Part shown: in pieces, positions 38,470 through 48,310 of the stretch | Numbering within the stretch: the first letter of the stretch is position 1 | Layout: each line of letters begins with the position of its first letter | NCBI RefSeq assembly: GCF_030149425.1 | Contig: NZ_JASBRQ010000080.1 | Location: 8,455-72,454, forward strand | Origin: Maricaulis sp. | GTDB lineage: Bacteria; Pseudomonadota; Alphaproteobacteria; Caulobacterales; Maricaulaceae | Reading direction: 5' to 3' | DNA: 64,000 bases | The notes under the pieces: generated by a model | Database searches by the model: none | What the model was told of the DNA's origin: nothing | Seen by the model: only the letters and a program-made list of their open reading frames with translations | Translations under genes and position numbers: made by a program

Positions 38470-39540
38470 ATGAGCCAATCCCATCCCGAGTTCGAATTCG
38501 CCGGCCGGATGATCGGGCATGATCACCCGCCCCTGGTCATTGCCGAAGTCTCGGCCAATCACCTCGGCCAGATCGACCGTGCGCTCGAGACCATCGAAGC
38601 GGCAGCCCGGTGCGGCGCTGATGCGATCAAGATCCAGACCTATTCGCCCGACACCATCACCATTGACCATGACGGGCCGGGTTTCGTCATTGAGGGCGGG
38701 CTGTGGGACGGTCGCAATCTCTATGACCTCTACAGCGAAGCCCAGACGCCGTTTGACTGGCACCCGCGCCTGTTCGAGAAAGCGCGCGCGCTTGGCGTGA
38801 CGCTGTTCTCCACCCCCTTTGACCATTCCGCCGTCGACCTCCTGGAGAGCCTCGACGCCCCGGCCTATAAAATCGCCTCTTTCGAAATCACCGATCTGCC
38901 GCTGATTGCCCGCGTCGCCCGTACCGGCAAGCCGATCATCATGTCCACCGGCATGGCCAATCTGTCGGAAATCCATGAGGCCGTCAGGACCGCACGCGAG
39001 AACGGCGCCCCCGGCCTCGCCATCCTGCACTGCCTGTCCTCCTACCCGGCACCGATCGAGCAATCGGACCTGCGAACGGTCCCGCACCTGGGCCAAGCCT
39101 TCAACGCCGTGCCCGGACTGTCCGATCACACGCCCGGCACGGCCTGCTCGGTTGCCGCCATCGCACTGGGTGCCCGTGTGATCGAAAAGCATTTCACCCT
39201 GTCGCGTGATGATGGCGGGCCGGACAGCGAGTTCTCGCTCGAGCCGGACGAGCTGAAACGCCTGGTCGAAGATTGCCACAATGCGTTCAAGGCGCTTGGC
39301 CAGGTTCGCTATGACCCCGCCGGTTGCGAGCGCGGCTCGCTGACCTTCCGCCGGTCGATCTATGCGGTTGCCGGCATCAAGGCTGGCGAAACCTTCACCG
39401 AGGCCAATATCCGATCCATCCGCCCGGGCCATGGTCTGGCCCCGAAACACCTGCCGGATATCCTCGGCCGCAAGGCCAGCCGCGACATTGCCTATGGCGA
39501 GCCCATGGCGATGGATGCGGTCGACTGGTCCGACAATTAG
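38470..39540 (+). CDS. pseI: Pseudaminic acid synthase PseI (NeuB family)
   Basis: 356 aa. PLVIAEVSANHLGQIDRA, DAIKIQTY, KIASFEITDLPLI, IIMSTGMA, LHCLSSYPAP, and a C-terminal SAF/AFP-like domain. Confidence 0.9.
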   Translation: MSQSHPEFEFAGRMIGHDHPPLVIAEVSANHLGQIDRALETIEAAARCGADAIKIQTYSPDTITIDHDGPGFVIEGGLWDGRNLYDLYSEAQTPFDWHPRLFEKARALGVTLFSTPFDHSAVDLLESLDAPAYKIASFEITDLPLIARVARTGKPIIMSTGMANLSEIHEAVRTARENGAPGLAILHCLSSYPAPIEQSDLRTVPHLGQAFNAVPGLSDHTPGTACSVAAIALGARVIEKHFTLSRDDGGPDSEFSLEPDELKRLVEDCHNAFKALGQVRYDPAGCERGSLTFRRSIYAVAGIKAGETFTEANIRSIRPGHGLAPKHLPDILGRKASRDIAYGEPMAMDAVDWSDN

Positions 39541-39596
39541 AGCGAATTTCACGTCCGCCCTACCCAGCCCCCATCAATCGCGCTAAGTCCGTGCCC

Positions 39597-40475
39597 ATGC
39601 GTTTTGAAGGTACAGACAGCTATGTCGCTGATGCAGAGCTTTCCGCCGCGGTGAATGCGGCGATCGCTCTGGAGCGTCCGCTGCTCGTCAAGGGCGAGCC
39701 GGGCACGGGGAAAACCGAGCTGGCCAAACAGGTGGCCAGCGCCATGGGCATGCCGCTGATCGAGTGGCACATCAAGTCCACGACCAAGGCCCGTCAGGGA
39801 CTTTACGAGTATGATGCCGTCGCCCGTCTGCGCGACAGCCAGCTCGGCGAAGACCGCGTCCACGACATTCAGAACTATATCCGCAAGGGCAAGCTGTGGG
39901 AGGCTTTCGCGGCTCCGGAACGCTCCGTCCTGCTGATCGACGAGATCGACAAGGCCGATATTGAATTCCCCAACGACCTCCTGCAGGAGCTCGACCGGAT
40001 GGAATTCCATGTCTACGAGACCGGCGAAACGGTGAAGGCGGTAAACCGCCCGGTCGTCATCATCACCTCGAACAATGAGAAAGAGCTGCCGGACGCCTTC
40101 TTGCGCCGCTGTTTCTTCCACTTCATCGCCTTCCCGGACGAGGAGACGATGCGCGCCATCGTCGAGGTTCACTTCCCGGGCCTGAAAGGCCGCCTTCTGT
40201 CGGAAGCCCTGAAACTCTTCTTCGATATCCGCCAGGTACCGGGCGTGAAGAAAAAGCCCTCGACCTCGGAATTGCTGGACTGGCTCAAGCTGTTGATGGT
40301 CGAGGATATTGATCCTGCCATCCTGACCGAACGCGATCCGCGCAAGCTGATCCCGCCGCTGCATGGCGCGCTGCTCAAGAACGAGCAGGATGTCATGCTG
40401 TTTGAAAAGCTCGCCTTCATGGCACGGCGGCAGGGTGGCACGCCTAATGGAAATGGCGGACCGGGCGCGGCCTGA
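39597..40475 (+). CDS. MoxR-family AAA+ ATPase
   Basis: 292 aa from ATG 39597. Walker A GEPGTGKT, Walker B VLLIDEIDKA, and sensor region VVIITSN...LPDAFLRRC. Confidence 0.9.
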   Translation: MRFEGTDSYVADAELSAAVNAAIALERPLLVKGEPGTGKTELAKQVASAMGMPLIEWHIKSTTKARQGLYEYDAVARLRDSQLGEDRVHDIQNYIRKGKLWEAFAAPERSVLLIDEIDKADIEFPNDLLQELDRMEFHVYETGETVKAVNRPVVIITSNNEKELPDAFLRRCFFHFIAFPDEETMRAIVEVHFPGLKGRLLSEALKLFFDIRQVPGVKKKPSTSELLDWLKLLMVEDIDPAILTERDPRKLIPPLHGALLKNEQDVMLFEKLAFMARRQGGTPNGNGGPGAA

Positions 40476-40497
40476 TGCGCCTGTAAACTCAATCCCC

Positions 40498-40540
40498 AAA
40501 CGGCCGGTCGAGACACCCTCTCACCGGCCGTTTCGCGTTT
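40498..40540 (+). terminator. Rho-independent terminator after the MoxR gene
   Basis: AAACGGCCGGT ... ACCGGCCGTTT 11-bp stem followed by cgcgTTTT. Confidence 0.7.
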
Positions 40541-40636
40541 TGGTCACCCCACCACCACCGGCAACACCTTACAGCGAATTCACTGGCTCTGCCCGGTTTG
40601 CCTGCGTTCAATGCGCTCAAACTCGGGACGGTTTGT

Positions 40637-41494
40637 ATGTTTTCTATTCTTGTATCCGGCCTTGCTGCCACGGTGACCCTGGCACAGGCTCAGACGACTG
40701 ACGCGGAAGTCATGGCTGCGTTCAGAGAGGTTTTCCCCCTGGTGCTGCAGGGTGATTGGGAGGCGGCCGAACCGGTTGCCGAAGCCGCATTGCCGCTCGC
40801 CACCGCGCCGATGAACCGCTATCGCATCCGTCACATCCTGACCGACACCCACGCCCGGCTGGGCAAATGGGAGGATGCCGCGACCTATGCCCGCGAGGCC
40901 GCAGAAACCATCTATAACGACGAAGCCCTGAGCCAGAGGCTGATGCTGATGGCCTCGCACATGGCGGCCGAGGAGGCCCGGGCGGCCTATATGCTCGGCG
41001 ATATGGAGCGCGTTGCCGAAGCCAATGGACGCATGATTTCCGACCACCCCGACGCCGGTCCGGGCTGGACCGCGTCCGGCGTAACCGGCGCGGCGCATAC
41101 GGCCGGGCTGGATTGCGAACTCATGCGGGACGGGTATTTGCGGTTCGACGTCTGGGGCGGGGATGAAGGACTGCCGGCCTGTGATTACTGGGCCCTCAGC
41201 GATATCGGCCTACGCCTGACCCAGGGCCCGGCCACCGCAGCGGAAATCGCCCGGCTGAGTGAACGCCGCACCGATGCCGCACCGCGAGAGCTGGCGTGGG
41301 ACGAGGCTCCTGAAGGGGTCCGGCTGACTGCGTATAATCTGGGCACGCCCGCACCGGGCAAGGAAGACGAGTATGCCGTCATTCTTGAAGGCGTCGATGC
41401 CGGCTGGACCGTTACTGTACGCTATCCGGCCAGCCAGCAGGCCGAGGCACTCTCGGCCCTTTCCGGCTTTTACATTGCCGGGCCGCAGGGCTAG
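40637..41494 (+). CDS. Hypothetical secreted protein
   Basis: 285 aa from ATG 40637. Signal peptide MFSILVSGLAATVTLAQAQ, then a helical TPR-like N-terminal half. No family recognised. Confidence 0.5.
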   Translation: MFSILVSGLAATVTLAQAQTTDAEVMAAFREVFPLVLQGDWEAAEPVAEAALPLATAPMNRYRIRHILTDTHARLGKWEDAATYAREAAETIYNDEALSQRLMLMASHMAAEEARAAYMLGDMERVAEANGRMISDHPDAGPGWTASGVTGAAHTAGLDCELMRDGYLRFDVWGGDEGLPACDYWALSDIGLRLTQGPATAAEIARLSERRTDAAPRELAWDEAPEGVRLTAYNLGTPAPGKEDEYAVILEGVDAGWTVTVRYPASQQAEALSALSGFYIAGPQG

Positions 41495-41529
41495 CCTCGC
41501 GCGCCCGAGGACGAATACGGAGCTGATGC

Positions 41530-42159
41530 GTGAGCGCGCTTGATCCTGAAACCCTGCACCCGGTGCCGGGCCAGCCCTCCATGGCCTATCTCAAACCGCT
41601 GATCGCCGGTCACGCCAAGATCGAGGCCGGGGAGTTTACCTATATCCACTCCTTCGACGACCCGGCCCGCTTTCCCGAACAGGTCAAATACGCCTTTGAC
41701 TTCATCGAGGACAAGCTGGTGATCGGCAAGTTCTGCTCCATCGCCCATGGCGCCAGCTTTGTGCTTAATGGCGGCAATCATTTCGCGGACCGCCTGTCCA
41801 GCTATCCCTTCCCGGTGTTCGGCGAATGGGGCGAGCAGGATCCGGGTGCCTGGCCCAATAAGGGCGGGATCGAGATCGGCCATGATGTCTGGATCGGCTG
41901 GGATGCGACCATCCTGCCCGGGGTAAAGATCGGCCATGGTGCCATCATCGCAGCCAAGGCGGTCGTGACCAGCGATGTCGCGCCCTACACTATTGTCGGC
42001 GGCAATCCGGCCCGGCCGATCAAAGCCCGACTGCCCGAAGATAGCGCCACCCGGCTGCTTGAACTGGCCTGGTGGGACTGGCCGGTCGAGCATATCCGCG
42101 CGGCGTCCGACGCCTTGATGAAGGCCGATATTGCCGCCCTGGAACAATACGCGCCCTAA
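41530..42159 (+). CDS. Xenobiotic O-acetyltransferase, Vat/CatB family (hexapeptide repeat)
   Basis: 209 aa. [24 protein letters not shown]...SSYPF...[52 protein letters not shown]...WWDWP is collinear with streptogramin A acetyltransferases as I remember them. GTG start. Confidence 0.85.
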   Translation: MSALDPETLHPVPGQPSMAYLKPLIAGHAKIEAGEFTYIHSFDDPARFPEQVKYAFDFIEDKLVIGKFCSIAHGASFVLNGGNHFADRLSSYPFPVFGEWGEQDPGAWPNKGGIEIGHDVWIGWDATILPGVKIGHGAIIAAKAVVTSDVAPYTIVGGNPARPIKARLPEDSATRLLELAWWDWPVEHIRAASDALMKADIAALEQYAP

Positions 42160-42189
42160 ACCCTCTTCGAACGCACGGGAAAACGCTTC

Positions 42190-42720
42190 ATGGCCTTGCT
42201 TACCGCCCTCACCGCACTTGCGCTTCAGACTACCGCGGCCTGCGGCGTTGATGACGCTGAACATGCCCGCCTCATGGCTCTGGATGAAGATGCCTTTGAC
42301 CAGGACATGCAAGGCGGCTGGCGCGCCGTCGCCAACCAGGGGCCGGATTGTTTCATCCCGGCGGCAGAACTGATCCAGGACTATGTCGCCCTGCATGGCG
42401 CGGCCAATCTGCAACGCCCCGGCCTGGCGCATTGGCATGCCGGGCAGATGTTCGCCATGGCCGGTGAGACCGAACGCGCCCTGCCGGAGTTGCGCTTATC
42501 GTATCGGCCGGAGAACGATAATGAGATGAACGCGATGTGGAACCGCTATGCCGACGGCACGATCGCTTTCCTCGAGCGCGACCGGGACGCCCTCATCGCC
42601 GCCCGCAACGCCCTGCCCGACGCGCCGATGAGCAATCGCGGCGTCCTCGACGGCCTGATCAATTGCTGGGATCGGCCGATGATGGAAGCCTATCAGCAGG
42701 ACTGCCGGTCGGGTGAATGA
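42190..42720 (+). CDS. Hypothetical secreted protein
   Basis: 176 aa with an N-terminal signal or lipobox-like LQTTAAC. No family recognised. Confidence 0.5.
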   Translation: MALLTALTALALQTTAACGVDDAEHARLMALDEDAFDQDMQGGWRAVANQGPDCFIPAAELIQDYVALHGAANLQRPGLAHWHAGQMFAMAGETERALPELRLSYRPENDNEMNAMWNRYADGTIAFLERDRDALIAARNALPDAPMSNRGVLDGLINCWDRPMMEAYQQDCRSGE

Positions 42721-42742
42721 GCGGCGAGTTCGAAAGGTCGTC

Positions 42743-44920
42743 CTAGCGCTTTGGCCTGCCGCGGAGTAGATTTCTCACCTCTTCCGACAACAATGCTCTG
42801 AGCACGCCGTAGATTACTCCTGCCAGCACATAGTCGGCGAATGCCGGGCCAGTGCTGGTATCGACAACGTTTGGCGTGAGCAGCCCTGCCCAGCTATGCG
42901 ATACGACCTCCTGGAAGGTCGCGGCAGGTCTGGAAACCGCAGAGACAATCCAACTCGCCCCTCCCTCAAGGAAATGAGCCAGAGACGCGGTGCCTGCAAG
43001 CGCCGCAGCGAGGTCAGCAAGTCCCATCAACGTCGCCGTGCGCTTGTTCTGTTTCGTGTTATCGGCCGTCAACTGGATCATCTGCTCGCTTCCGAGCATT
43101 GCCCCAAGGTCTGTCAGCCTTTGTTCGACGCGATGGATACGATCAAGCAAGCTATCTATGAATGCCCAAGTACCCTCGGTTCGCCGCCGCACAAACTCGG
43201 CATAAGGCTGGAAGCCCTCTATCGGCAATGGGCGCAAGTCTGGAAGCGTATTCTTGAATTGTCGGATGTAATATTTTGTCCGCGACAAACCGAGCATAAC
43301 CGCTTCGTCACCGTCACTTTGCCCCCCTCTTGTACCGACGGCAGTCCCGAGTGGGGGCGAGTCTGTGAAATAGACCTCACCATATTCTCGTCGCAACTCT
43401 TTAAGCCTCTCGGGCGTAATACTCTCGCGGTCGATACTGAGGTCGTATTTTAGCTTCAACTGGCGCAGCTTGTGCCCCACCTCGGTGAACCGTCCTGTCC
43501 GCAGCAATGACGCCATCCTCAAAGTACCAAGGTAATTGATCCGGTCGACGAGACGGCCGATCTGCCAGCGGTGTCGGTTACGGAAGACGAGCAAAAATTT
43601 CAGTGGCCGGAACTCGCCGACCTTGGCGTCACCTAGCAAGGAGGAGAGATGTATGGCGCGGCCATCGAGAAACCTCGTCGCCGTGTACTCGAGCTTGTGG
43701 AGCGGATCATCGGCCCTATCATCGTCATGGATGGTGCGCTCGGCAAGCGCATCGAACTCCTCATCATTGAGACCCGCAGCCTCCATGAAGGGCAAGAACG
43801 TATCTACAACATTCAGCGCATCCCGTCCGGTGAACACGCGATCCGTTGTCTGCGCAGCCAGCGCCTTCCGGTCCGCATTGGTATATAAATTTTCTGAGGA
43901 CACCTGCAGCGATGCGCCAATGACATCCTCATGGTCACCACCATTACGACCAGCAGGGTCAGCGCGCGGTGATTCATCCAACCCAAGCGTAAAGGCGCAA
44001 TTCCGCAAGTCGCAGAAAATCGTGCCCAAGCGCTCCGGAGTACACTTATAGCTACGCTGAGCCAGTCTGAATCCCGGGCATCGCTCTAGTGTCGGCTCCA
44101 CCAGCAGCTGATCGACCTTTTGCCAGATTGTTTCGTAGAAGAAATTCGCCGATTGCCGAAATTGGAGAACTGCCGGGTTCAGCGGGTGGTAATAATTCGG
44201 GTTGTCACGCTTAAGAACAGCATGAATTTCGCTCCAGCGTGTATTCACCAAGCCTTCCAGCCGAGACATCTCGGCCTCGATACGCTCAGCGATATTGTGC
44301 GAGTGTTGATAGCCTTCCCGAGGGTACCGGTTCGCCATCTGAAGCACATAGGTCAACGTGAAATACTCTTCTTGAAGGCTGGCGCGGATCTTCAAAGGTA
44401 TTCCATCAAGCAGGCAGGAGATCGTCACACTCTCATTGCGACGGCTGAAAACCTCGGAATTTCGTGTCAACTCGATTGGAACTGTGAGATTTTCACCAAC
44501 GAGATCTGAGTAATCGACACGATGGCCAAACAACACAACATGGGCGGGGTCACGCCCACGTTTCTGGTTCTCTGTCAGGTCAAGGTTCAGGATACCGGGT
44601 TCGCCGATAGGATGTTCTGTACCCGCCGCGCGGTTTTCCTCTCTCCAAGCTGTATGGGCCGTTCGATAAAGATTGGCGATGAAGGCATCAGCATGCGCGA
44701 CCCAGTTCATGCGGGGATCCGGCGCCGCGCCTGAAGGTCCCTTCTCCGCTCTGCCAAATTCATCTCTGGCATCGCCGCCATTCGCGTCGGGCGGTATCCA
44801 GAAACCAACTTGCCGGACCACAGAGGGCGTCCCCACGAGCGGCGGATGCGCCTTGTGCAAACGCATGTTGATCATGTCATACTGACGTATGTATTTGAAT
44901 TTCTTTCCTTTATCCGGCAC
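42743..44920 (-). CDS. Orphan 725-aa protein with two C-terminal TM helices, encoded in a lower-GC segment (possibly a distant, enlarged DUF3422/COG4949-like protein)
   Basis: A long ORF with no competing frame. C-terminal hydrophobic helices LMGLADLAAALAGTASLAHFL and FADYVLAGVIYGVLRALL. The strings LQEEYFTLTYVL and IGRLVDRINYLGTLRMASLL resemble DUF3422 core motifs from memory. GC is visibly below the flanks. Confidence 0.65.
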   Translation of the reverse strand: MPDKGKKFKYIRQYDMINMRLHKAHPPLVGTPSVVRQVGFWIPPDANGGDARDEFGRAEKGPSGAAPDPRMNWVAHADAFIANLYRTAHTAWREENRAAGTEHPIGEPGILNLDLTENQKRGRDPAHVVLFGHRVDYSDLVGENLTVPIELTRNSEVFSRRNESVTISCLLDGIPLKIRASLQEEYFTLTYVLQMANRYPREGYQHSHNIAERIEAEMSRLEGLVNTRWSEIHAVLKRDNPNYYHPLNPAVLQFRQSANFFYETIWQKVDQLLVEPTLERCPGFRLAQRSYKCTPERLGTIFCDLRNCAFTLGLDESPRADPAGRNGGDHEDVIGASLQVSSENLYTNADRKALAAQTTDRVFTGRDALNVVDTFLPFMEAAGLNDEEFDALAERTIHDDDRADDPLHKLEYTATRFLDGRAIHLSSLLGDAKVGEFRPLKFLLVFRNRHRWQIGRLVDRINYLGTLRMASLLRTGRFTEVGHKLRQLKLKYDLSIDRESITPERLKELRREYGEVYFTDSPPLGTAVGTRGGQSDGDEAVMLGLSRTKYYIRQFKNTLPDLRPLPIEGFQPYAEFVRRRTEGTWAFIDSLLDRIHRVEQRLTDLGAMLGSEQMIQLTADNTKQNKRTATLMGLADLAAALAGTASLAHFLEGGASWIVSAVSRPAATFQEVVSHSWAGLLTPNVVDTSTGPAFADYVLAGVIYGVLRALLSEEVRNLLRGRPKR

Positions 44921-45038
44921 CGCAGCCCCCTCCAGGTGTCGAAAATCCCCTTATAGTTGAATTATGAACAGAAAAATCGTGGCGCGAGTGTGACCTGCAT
45001 CACAGGGGATTGGCCGCGCGAAAGATCACGCTATCCTC

Positions 45039-46220
45039 ATGCGCATGCTGCATCACTTCTTCACCGAGCTCCGCGCCGCCAATATTCCTGTGACAACACG
45101 GGAATACCTCACCTTGCTGGAAGCGCTGGACAAGGGCGCGATTAGCCCGGACATCGAGCATTTCTACGCCGTCAGCCGGGCCGCGCTGGTCAAGGACGAG
45201 AAGAATTTCGACAAGTTCGACATGGTGTTCGGTCATGTCTTCAAAGGCGTTGAGGTGTTGAGCGGCCTGTTTGGCGAGGAGGAAATCCCGCCGGACTGGC
45301 TGGAAGCCATGCTCAAGCGGCAACTCTCCGAAGAGGAAATGGCCGAACTCAAGGCCCTGCCCTTCGACGAGCTCATGGAGACGCTGAAAAAGCGCCTGGA
45401 AGAGCAGGAGAAGCGCCATGAGGGCGGCTCGAAATGGATCGGCACTGGCGGCACCAGCCCCTATGGCCATTCCGGCTACAACCCGGCCGGCGTGCGCATT
45501 GGCGGAGAAAGCCAGCACAAGAAAGCAGTGAAGGTCTGGCAGGAGCGCCGCTACAAGGACCTCGACGGCGACCGCGAGCTCGGCACGCGCAATCTGAAAG
45601 TCGCCCTGCGCCGGCTGCGCAAGTTCGCCCGTGACGGGGCGCTGGACGAGCTCGACCTGGGCGGCACGATTGATGCCACCGCGAAACAGGGCTGGCTCGA
45701 CGTCATCATGCGCCCGGAACGGCGCAATGCCATCAAGGTCATGGTCCTGTTCGACATTGGCGGCTCGATGGACCCTTACGTCCACATGTGCGAGGAGCTG
45801 TTCTCCGCCGCCCGCTCGACGTTCAAGAATCTGGAATATTTCTACTTCCACAACTGCCCCTATGAGGGCCTGTGGACGTCCAATCTCCGGCGCCGCGCCG
45901 AGACCGTGAAGACCTTGGATATCATGCATAAATACCCGCATGACTGGAAGGTAATCATCGTCGGCGACGCGGCCATGGCGCCCTATGAGATCACCCATGC
46001 CGGCGGCTCGGTCGAGCACTGGAATGAAGAGGCGGGCTCAGTCTGGCTCAAGCGCATCGCCGAGACCTGGCCGCACCTGATCTGGCTTAATCCGCAACCG
46101 GAAGAATGGTGGGACTATTCCCACTCCACCCGCATCATCCAGGACCTGATCGGCCCGGACCGCATGTTCGGCCTGACGCTGGAAGGTGTCGATGAGGCGA
46201 TGAAGGAATTGGCGCGCTAA
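45039..46220 (+). CDS. VWA domain-containing protein (CoxE/COG3825-like, MoxR partner type)
   Basis: 393 aa. MLHHFFTELRAANIPVTTREYLTLLEAL N-terminus and a C-terminal VWA with a MIDAS-like VLFDIGGSMD. Confidence 0.85.
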   Translation: MRMLHHFFTELRAANIPVTTREYLTLLEALDKGAISPDIEHFYAVSRAALVKDEKNFDKFDMVFGHVFKGVEVLSGLFGEEEIPPDWLEAMLKRQLSEEEMAELKALPFDELMETLKKRLEEQEKRHEGGSKWIGTGGTSPYGHSGYNPAGVRIGGESQHKKAVKVWQERRYKDLDGDRELGTRNLKVALRRLRKFARDGALDELDLGGTIDATAKQGWLDVIMRPERRNAIKVMVLFDIGGSMDPYVHMCEELFSAARSTFKNLEYFYFHNCPYEGLWTSNLRRRAETVKTLDIMHKYPHDWKVIIVGDAAMAPYEITHAGGSVEHWNEEAGSVWLKRIAETWPHLIWLNPQPEEWWDYSHSTRIIQDLIGPDRMFGLTLEGVDEAMKELAR

Positions 46221-46840
46221 CCCAGCGCGTGAAACCGTCCTTCATCCATATCAATGCCCATTTCGCTTTCCACCCGGCTGACCCAGGCGCGGACATTGAG
46301 GAATTCGTCGAGATCGAACCCGCCTTCGTCAGCGACGCGGGTGTAGGCGACCAGGGCCACATCGGCGAGAGAGAGCTGGTCGGCGACGATGAAATCGCGC
46401 GACAGAAGTCGCATTTCCAGGACCCCGAGAGCGCGGCGACCCTTGGCGTAGAGATCACTGTCGATCTCTTCCGGGCTCAGCCCCTGATAGGCCATGCGGA
46501 AACGGCGCACGGCGATATAGGGCTCGTGGCTGTATTGCTCCCAGAACATCCATTCGAGCATTTTCGCCATGTCGAACCGGTCCTCCGGAATCAGCGGAGA
46601 ACCTTCGGCAAGATGGAAGATGATGGCATTGGACTGGGCCAGGATACGGCCATCCGGGCGCACCAGGCAGGGCACCTGGCCGGCTGGGTTGATGGCGAGG
46701 AAATCATCGGTGCGGGTCTCGCCCTTGAGCACCGAGATGTCGCGCCAGTCATAGGCGAGGCCGAGATGTTCAGCGGTCCATTTCACCTTGAGGCAATTGC
46801 CGCTGGTCTTGTCGCCATAGATCACAACCGGATCTGCCAT
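46217..46840 (-). CDS. Glutathione S-transferase family protein
   Basis: 207 aa from ATG 46840. VIYGDKTSGNCLKVKW, GQVPCLV, and a helical C-terminal GST domain. The ORF-track N-terminal extension was rejected. Confidence 0.85.
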   Translation of the reverse strand: MADPVVIYGDKTSGNCLKVKWTAEHLGLAYDWRDISVLKGETRTDDFLAINPAGQVPCLVRPDGRILAQSNAIIFHLAEGSPLIPEDRFDMAKMLEWMFWEQYSHEPYIAVRRFRMAYQGLSPEEIDSDLYAKGRRALGVLEMRLLSRDFIVADQLSLADVALVAYTRVADEGGFDLDEFLNVRAWVSRVESEMGIDMDEGRFHALG

Positions 46841-47003
46841 ATACGCCTCCCATGATTGGCCGCCACTGTAGCGCCGGAAATGTTCAGGCCAACCGGTTTT
46901 CGAGCCTCCGCTGTCCCGCACCAGCGAAACCTGTGACAGTCCGCCTCTTGGGCCCCTGCCCGCTCCGCCCTATAACCACGTCCGACGAGTTGGAGATGCG
47001 TTG

Positions 47004-47327
47004 ATGAGCGACACTGAAACCGCACAGATCACGACCCCGGAAGCCTGCGAAACCATGGCGCAGGTGCGTGAGGGTGTGGATGCGCTCGACCGTGAACTGG
47101 TGGCGCTGATCGCCGTGCGGGCGCGCTATATGGAAGCGGCCGCGCGCATCAAACCCTCGCGCGATGTGGTCCGCGATGAGTGGCGCATCAATGACGTGAT
47201 TTCCAAGGTCACCGCTGAAGCGGAAAAAGCCGGACTGTCGACCAGCATTGCCGAGCCGGTCTGGCGCGAACTGGTCGAACGCTCGATCGCCTACGAGTTT
47301 ACGGTCTGGGACAAGACGCGGGACTAG
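47004..47327 (+). CDS. Chorismate mutase (AroQ class; PchB-like size)
   Basis: 107 aa. MAQVREGVDALDRELVALIAVRARYMEAAARIK, the AroQ helix-1 motif. Confidence 0.85.
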   Translation: MSDTETAQITTPEACETMAQVREGVDALDRELVALIAVRARYMEAAARIKPSRDVVRDEWRINDVISKVTAEAEKAGLSTSIAEPVWRELVERSIAYEFTVWDKTRD

Positions 47328-47665
47328 TCCGCCAGGGCACCAAAGGCCTTGCGCGTAGCCTCCACGCACTGCGCGATACGCACCGCGGCCCCCGGCCAAG
47401 CCATCTCCGGCAATTCCTCAGCCTCATCACACATCTGGCCAAGAGCAAACGCACCGACACCGCGCGCGGCGCCCTTGAGCGTGTGCGCAGCGGTGCGCCA
47501 CTCCGAGCGTTCGCGGGCTGCGGCCATCATATTGGTGCAGCGCTGGGCCTGGTCGAGCATCAGCGCGAGCAATTCACGCTGCAGCGCTTCATCCTCGCCG
47601 GTGTATTGCGTCAGGTGAGCCCGGTCGAAAAACGGCACACCTTCGGATTTGAGTTCAGCAACCAT
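47324..47665 (-). CDS. Single-domain HPt histidine phosphotransfer protein
   Basis: 113 aa. AHTLKGAARGVGAFALGQMC, the HxxKG phosphorylation motif. Confidence 0.8.
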   Translation of the reverse strand: MVAELKSEGVPFFDRAHLTQYTGEDEALQRELLALMLDQAQRCTNMMAAARERSEWRTAAHTLKGAARGVGAFALGQMCDEAEELPEMAWPGAAVRIAQCVEATRKAFGALAD

Positions 47666-47806
47666 GCAGCAAGCCTAGGGCGTGCGCGTTAACAGCACGC
47701 TTAAGGCGCTAGCGGCACGCGGATTTTCCTCATCAAGGTGAATTTTTTGTTCACCCTCCCGTCAGACGCGAATTTCTAGTGTATCGTGTTGTTTGGGGAA
47801 TGGAGG

Positions 47807-48310
47807 ATGACGATGAGACGTCTAGTCATAGCAGCCTGTTTCGCCTTTGGAGCCGCCCTGTTCAGCGGGGGTAGTGCACTCGCTTCGAGCAATTCAGCCG
47901 CCTCTGCAGACAACACGCTGGCGGGCAGTGCGGCTGTCACCGACAGCGCTGCGGTTCACGATCACCGCCGCCATCACCGTTATGATCGCCGTGATCGCCA
48001 TCGCGACCGGCATTATGACCGCCGTCATCGCCACGAATACGGCCATCGCGGTCATCGCCGCTATGACCGCTATCGTCACCGCCACCGCTATTATGACCGC
48101 GGGCGTTATGGGCGCGGCTATTACGGCCCGAGCCGCTACCAATATACGCGCTGCTGGCGTGAGCGCCGCTATGGCCATTTCCGCGGCGAGCCGGCGCTGG
48201 TGTCGGAGCGGATTTGCGCAGATGGCCGGGGCTATACTTATGTCGAACGCGGGTCACGGCGGCTGGTGCGTTATCTCGACCGGCATCCACGACGCCACCA
48301 CCGCTATTGA
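47807..48310 (+). CDS. Secreted His/Arg/Tyr/Asp-rich low-complexity protein
   Basis: Signal peptide (LVIAACFAFGAALFSGGSALA), then about 70 aa of HRRHHRYDRRDRHRDRHYDRRHRHEYGHRGHRRYDRYRHRHRYYDRGRYGRGYY, then a 2-Cys tail. GGAGGA SD at 47802. The start may be 47807 or 47813. Confidence 0.55.
   Translation: MTMRRLVIAACFAFGAALFSGGSALASSNSAASADNTLAGSAAVTDSAAVHDHRRHHRYDRRDRHRDRHYDRRHRHEYGHRGHRRYDRYRHRHRYYDRGRYGRGYYGPSRYQYTRCWRERRYGHFRGEPALVSERICADGRGYTYVERGSRRLVRYLDRHPRRHHRY

Noticed and set aside
47688-47703. TTAAcagcacgcTTAA upstream of the HPt gene, and TTAAC...TTAAC at 12661..12681 upstream of fliL, considered as CtrA boxes.
   Set aside because: The spacers are 8 and 12 nt, not the 7 nt required for the CtrA dimer site. 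I kept only the exact N7 sites as candidates.
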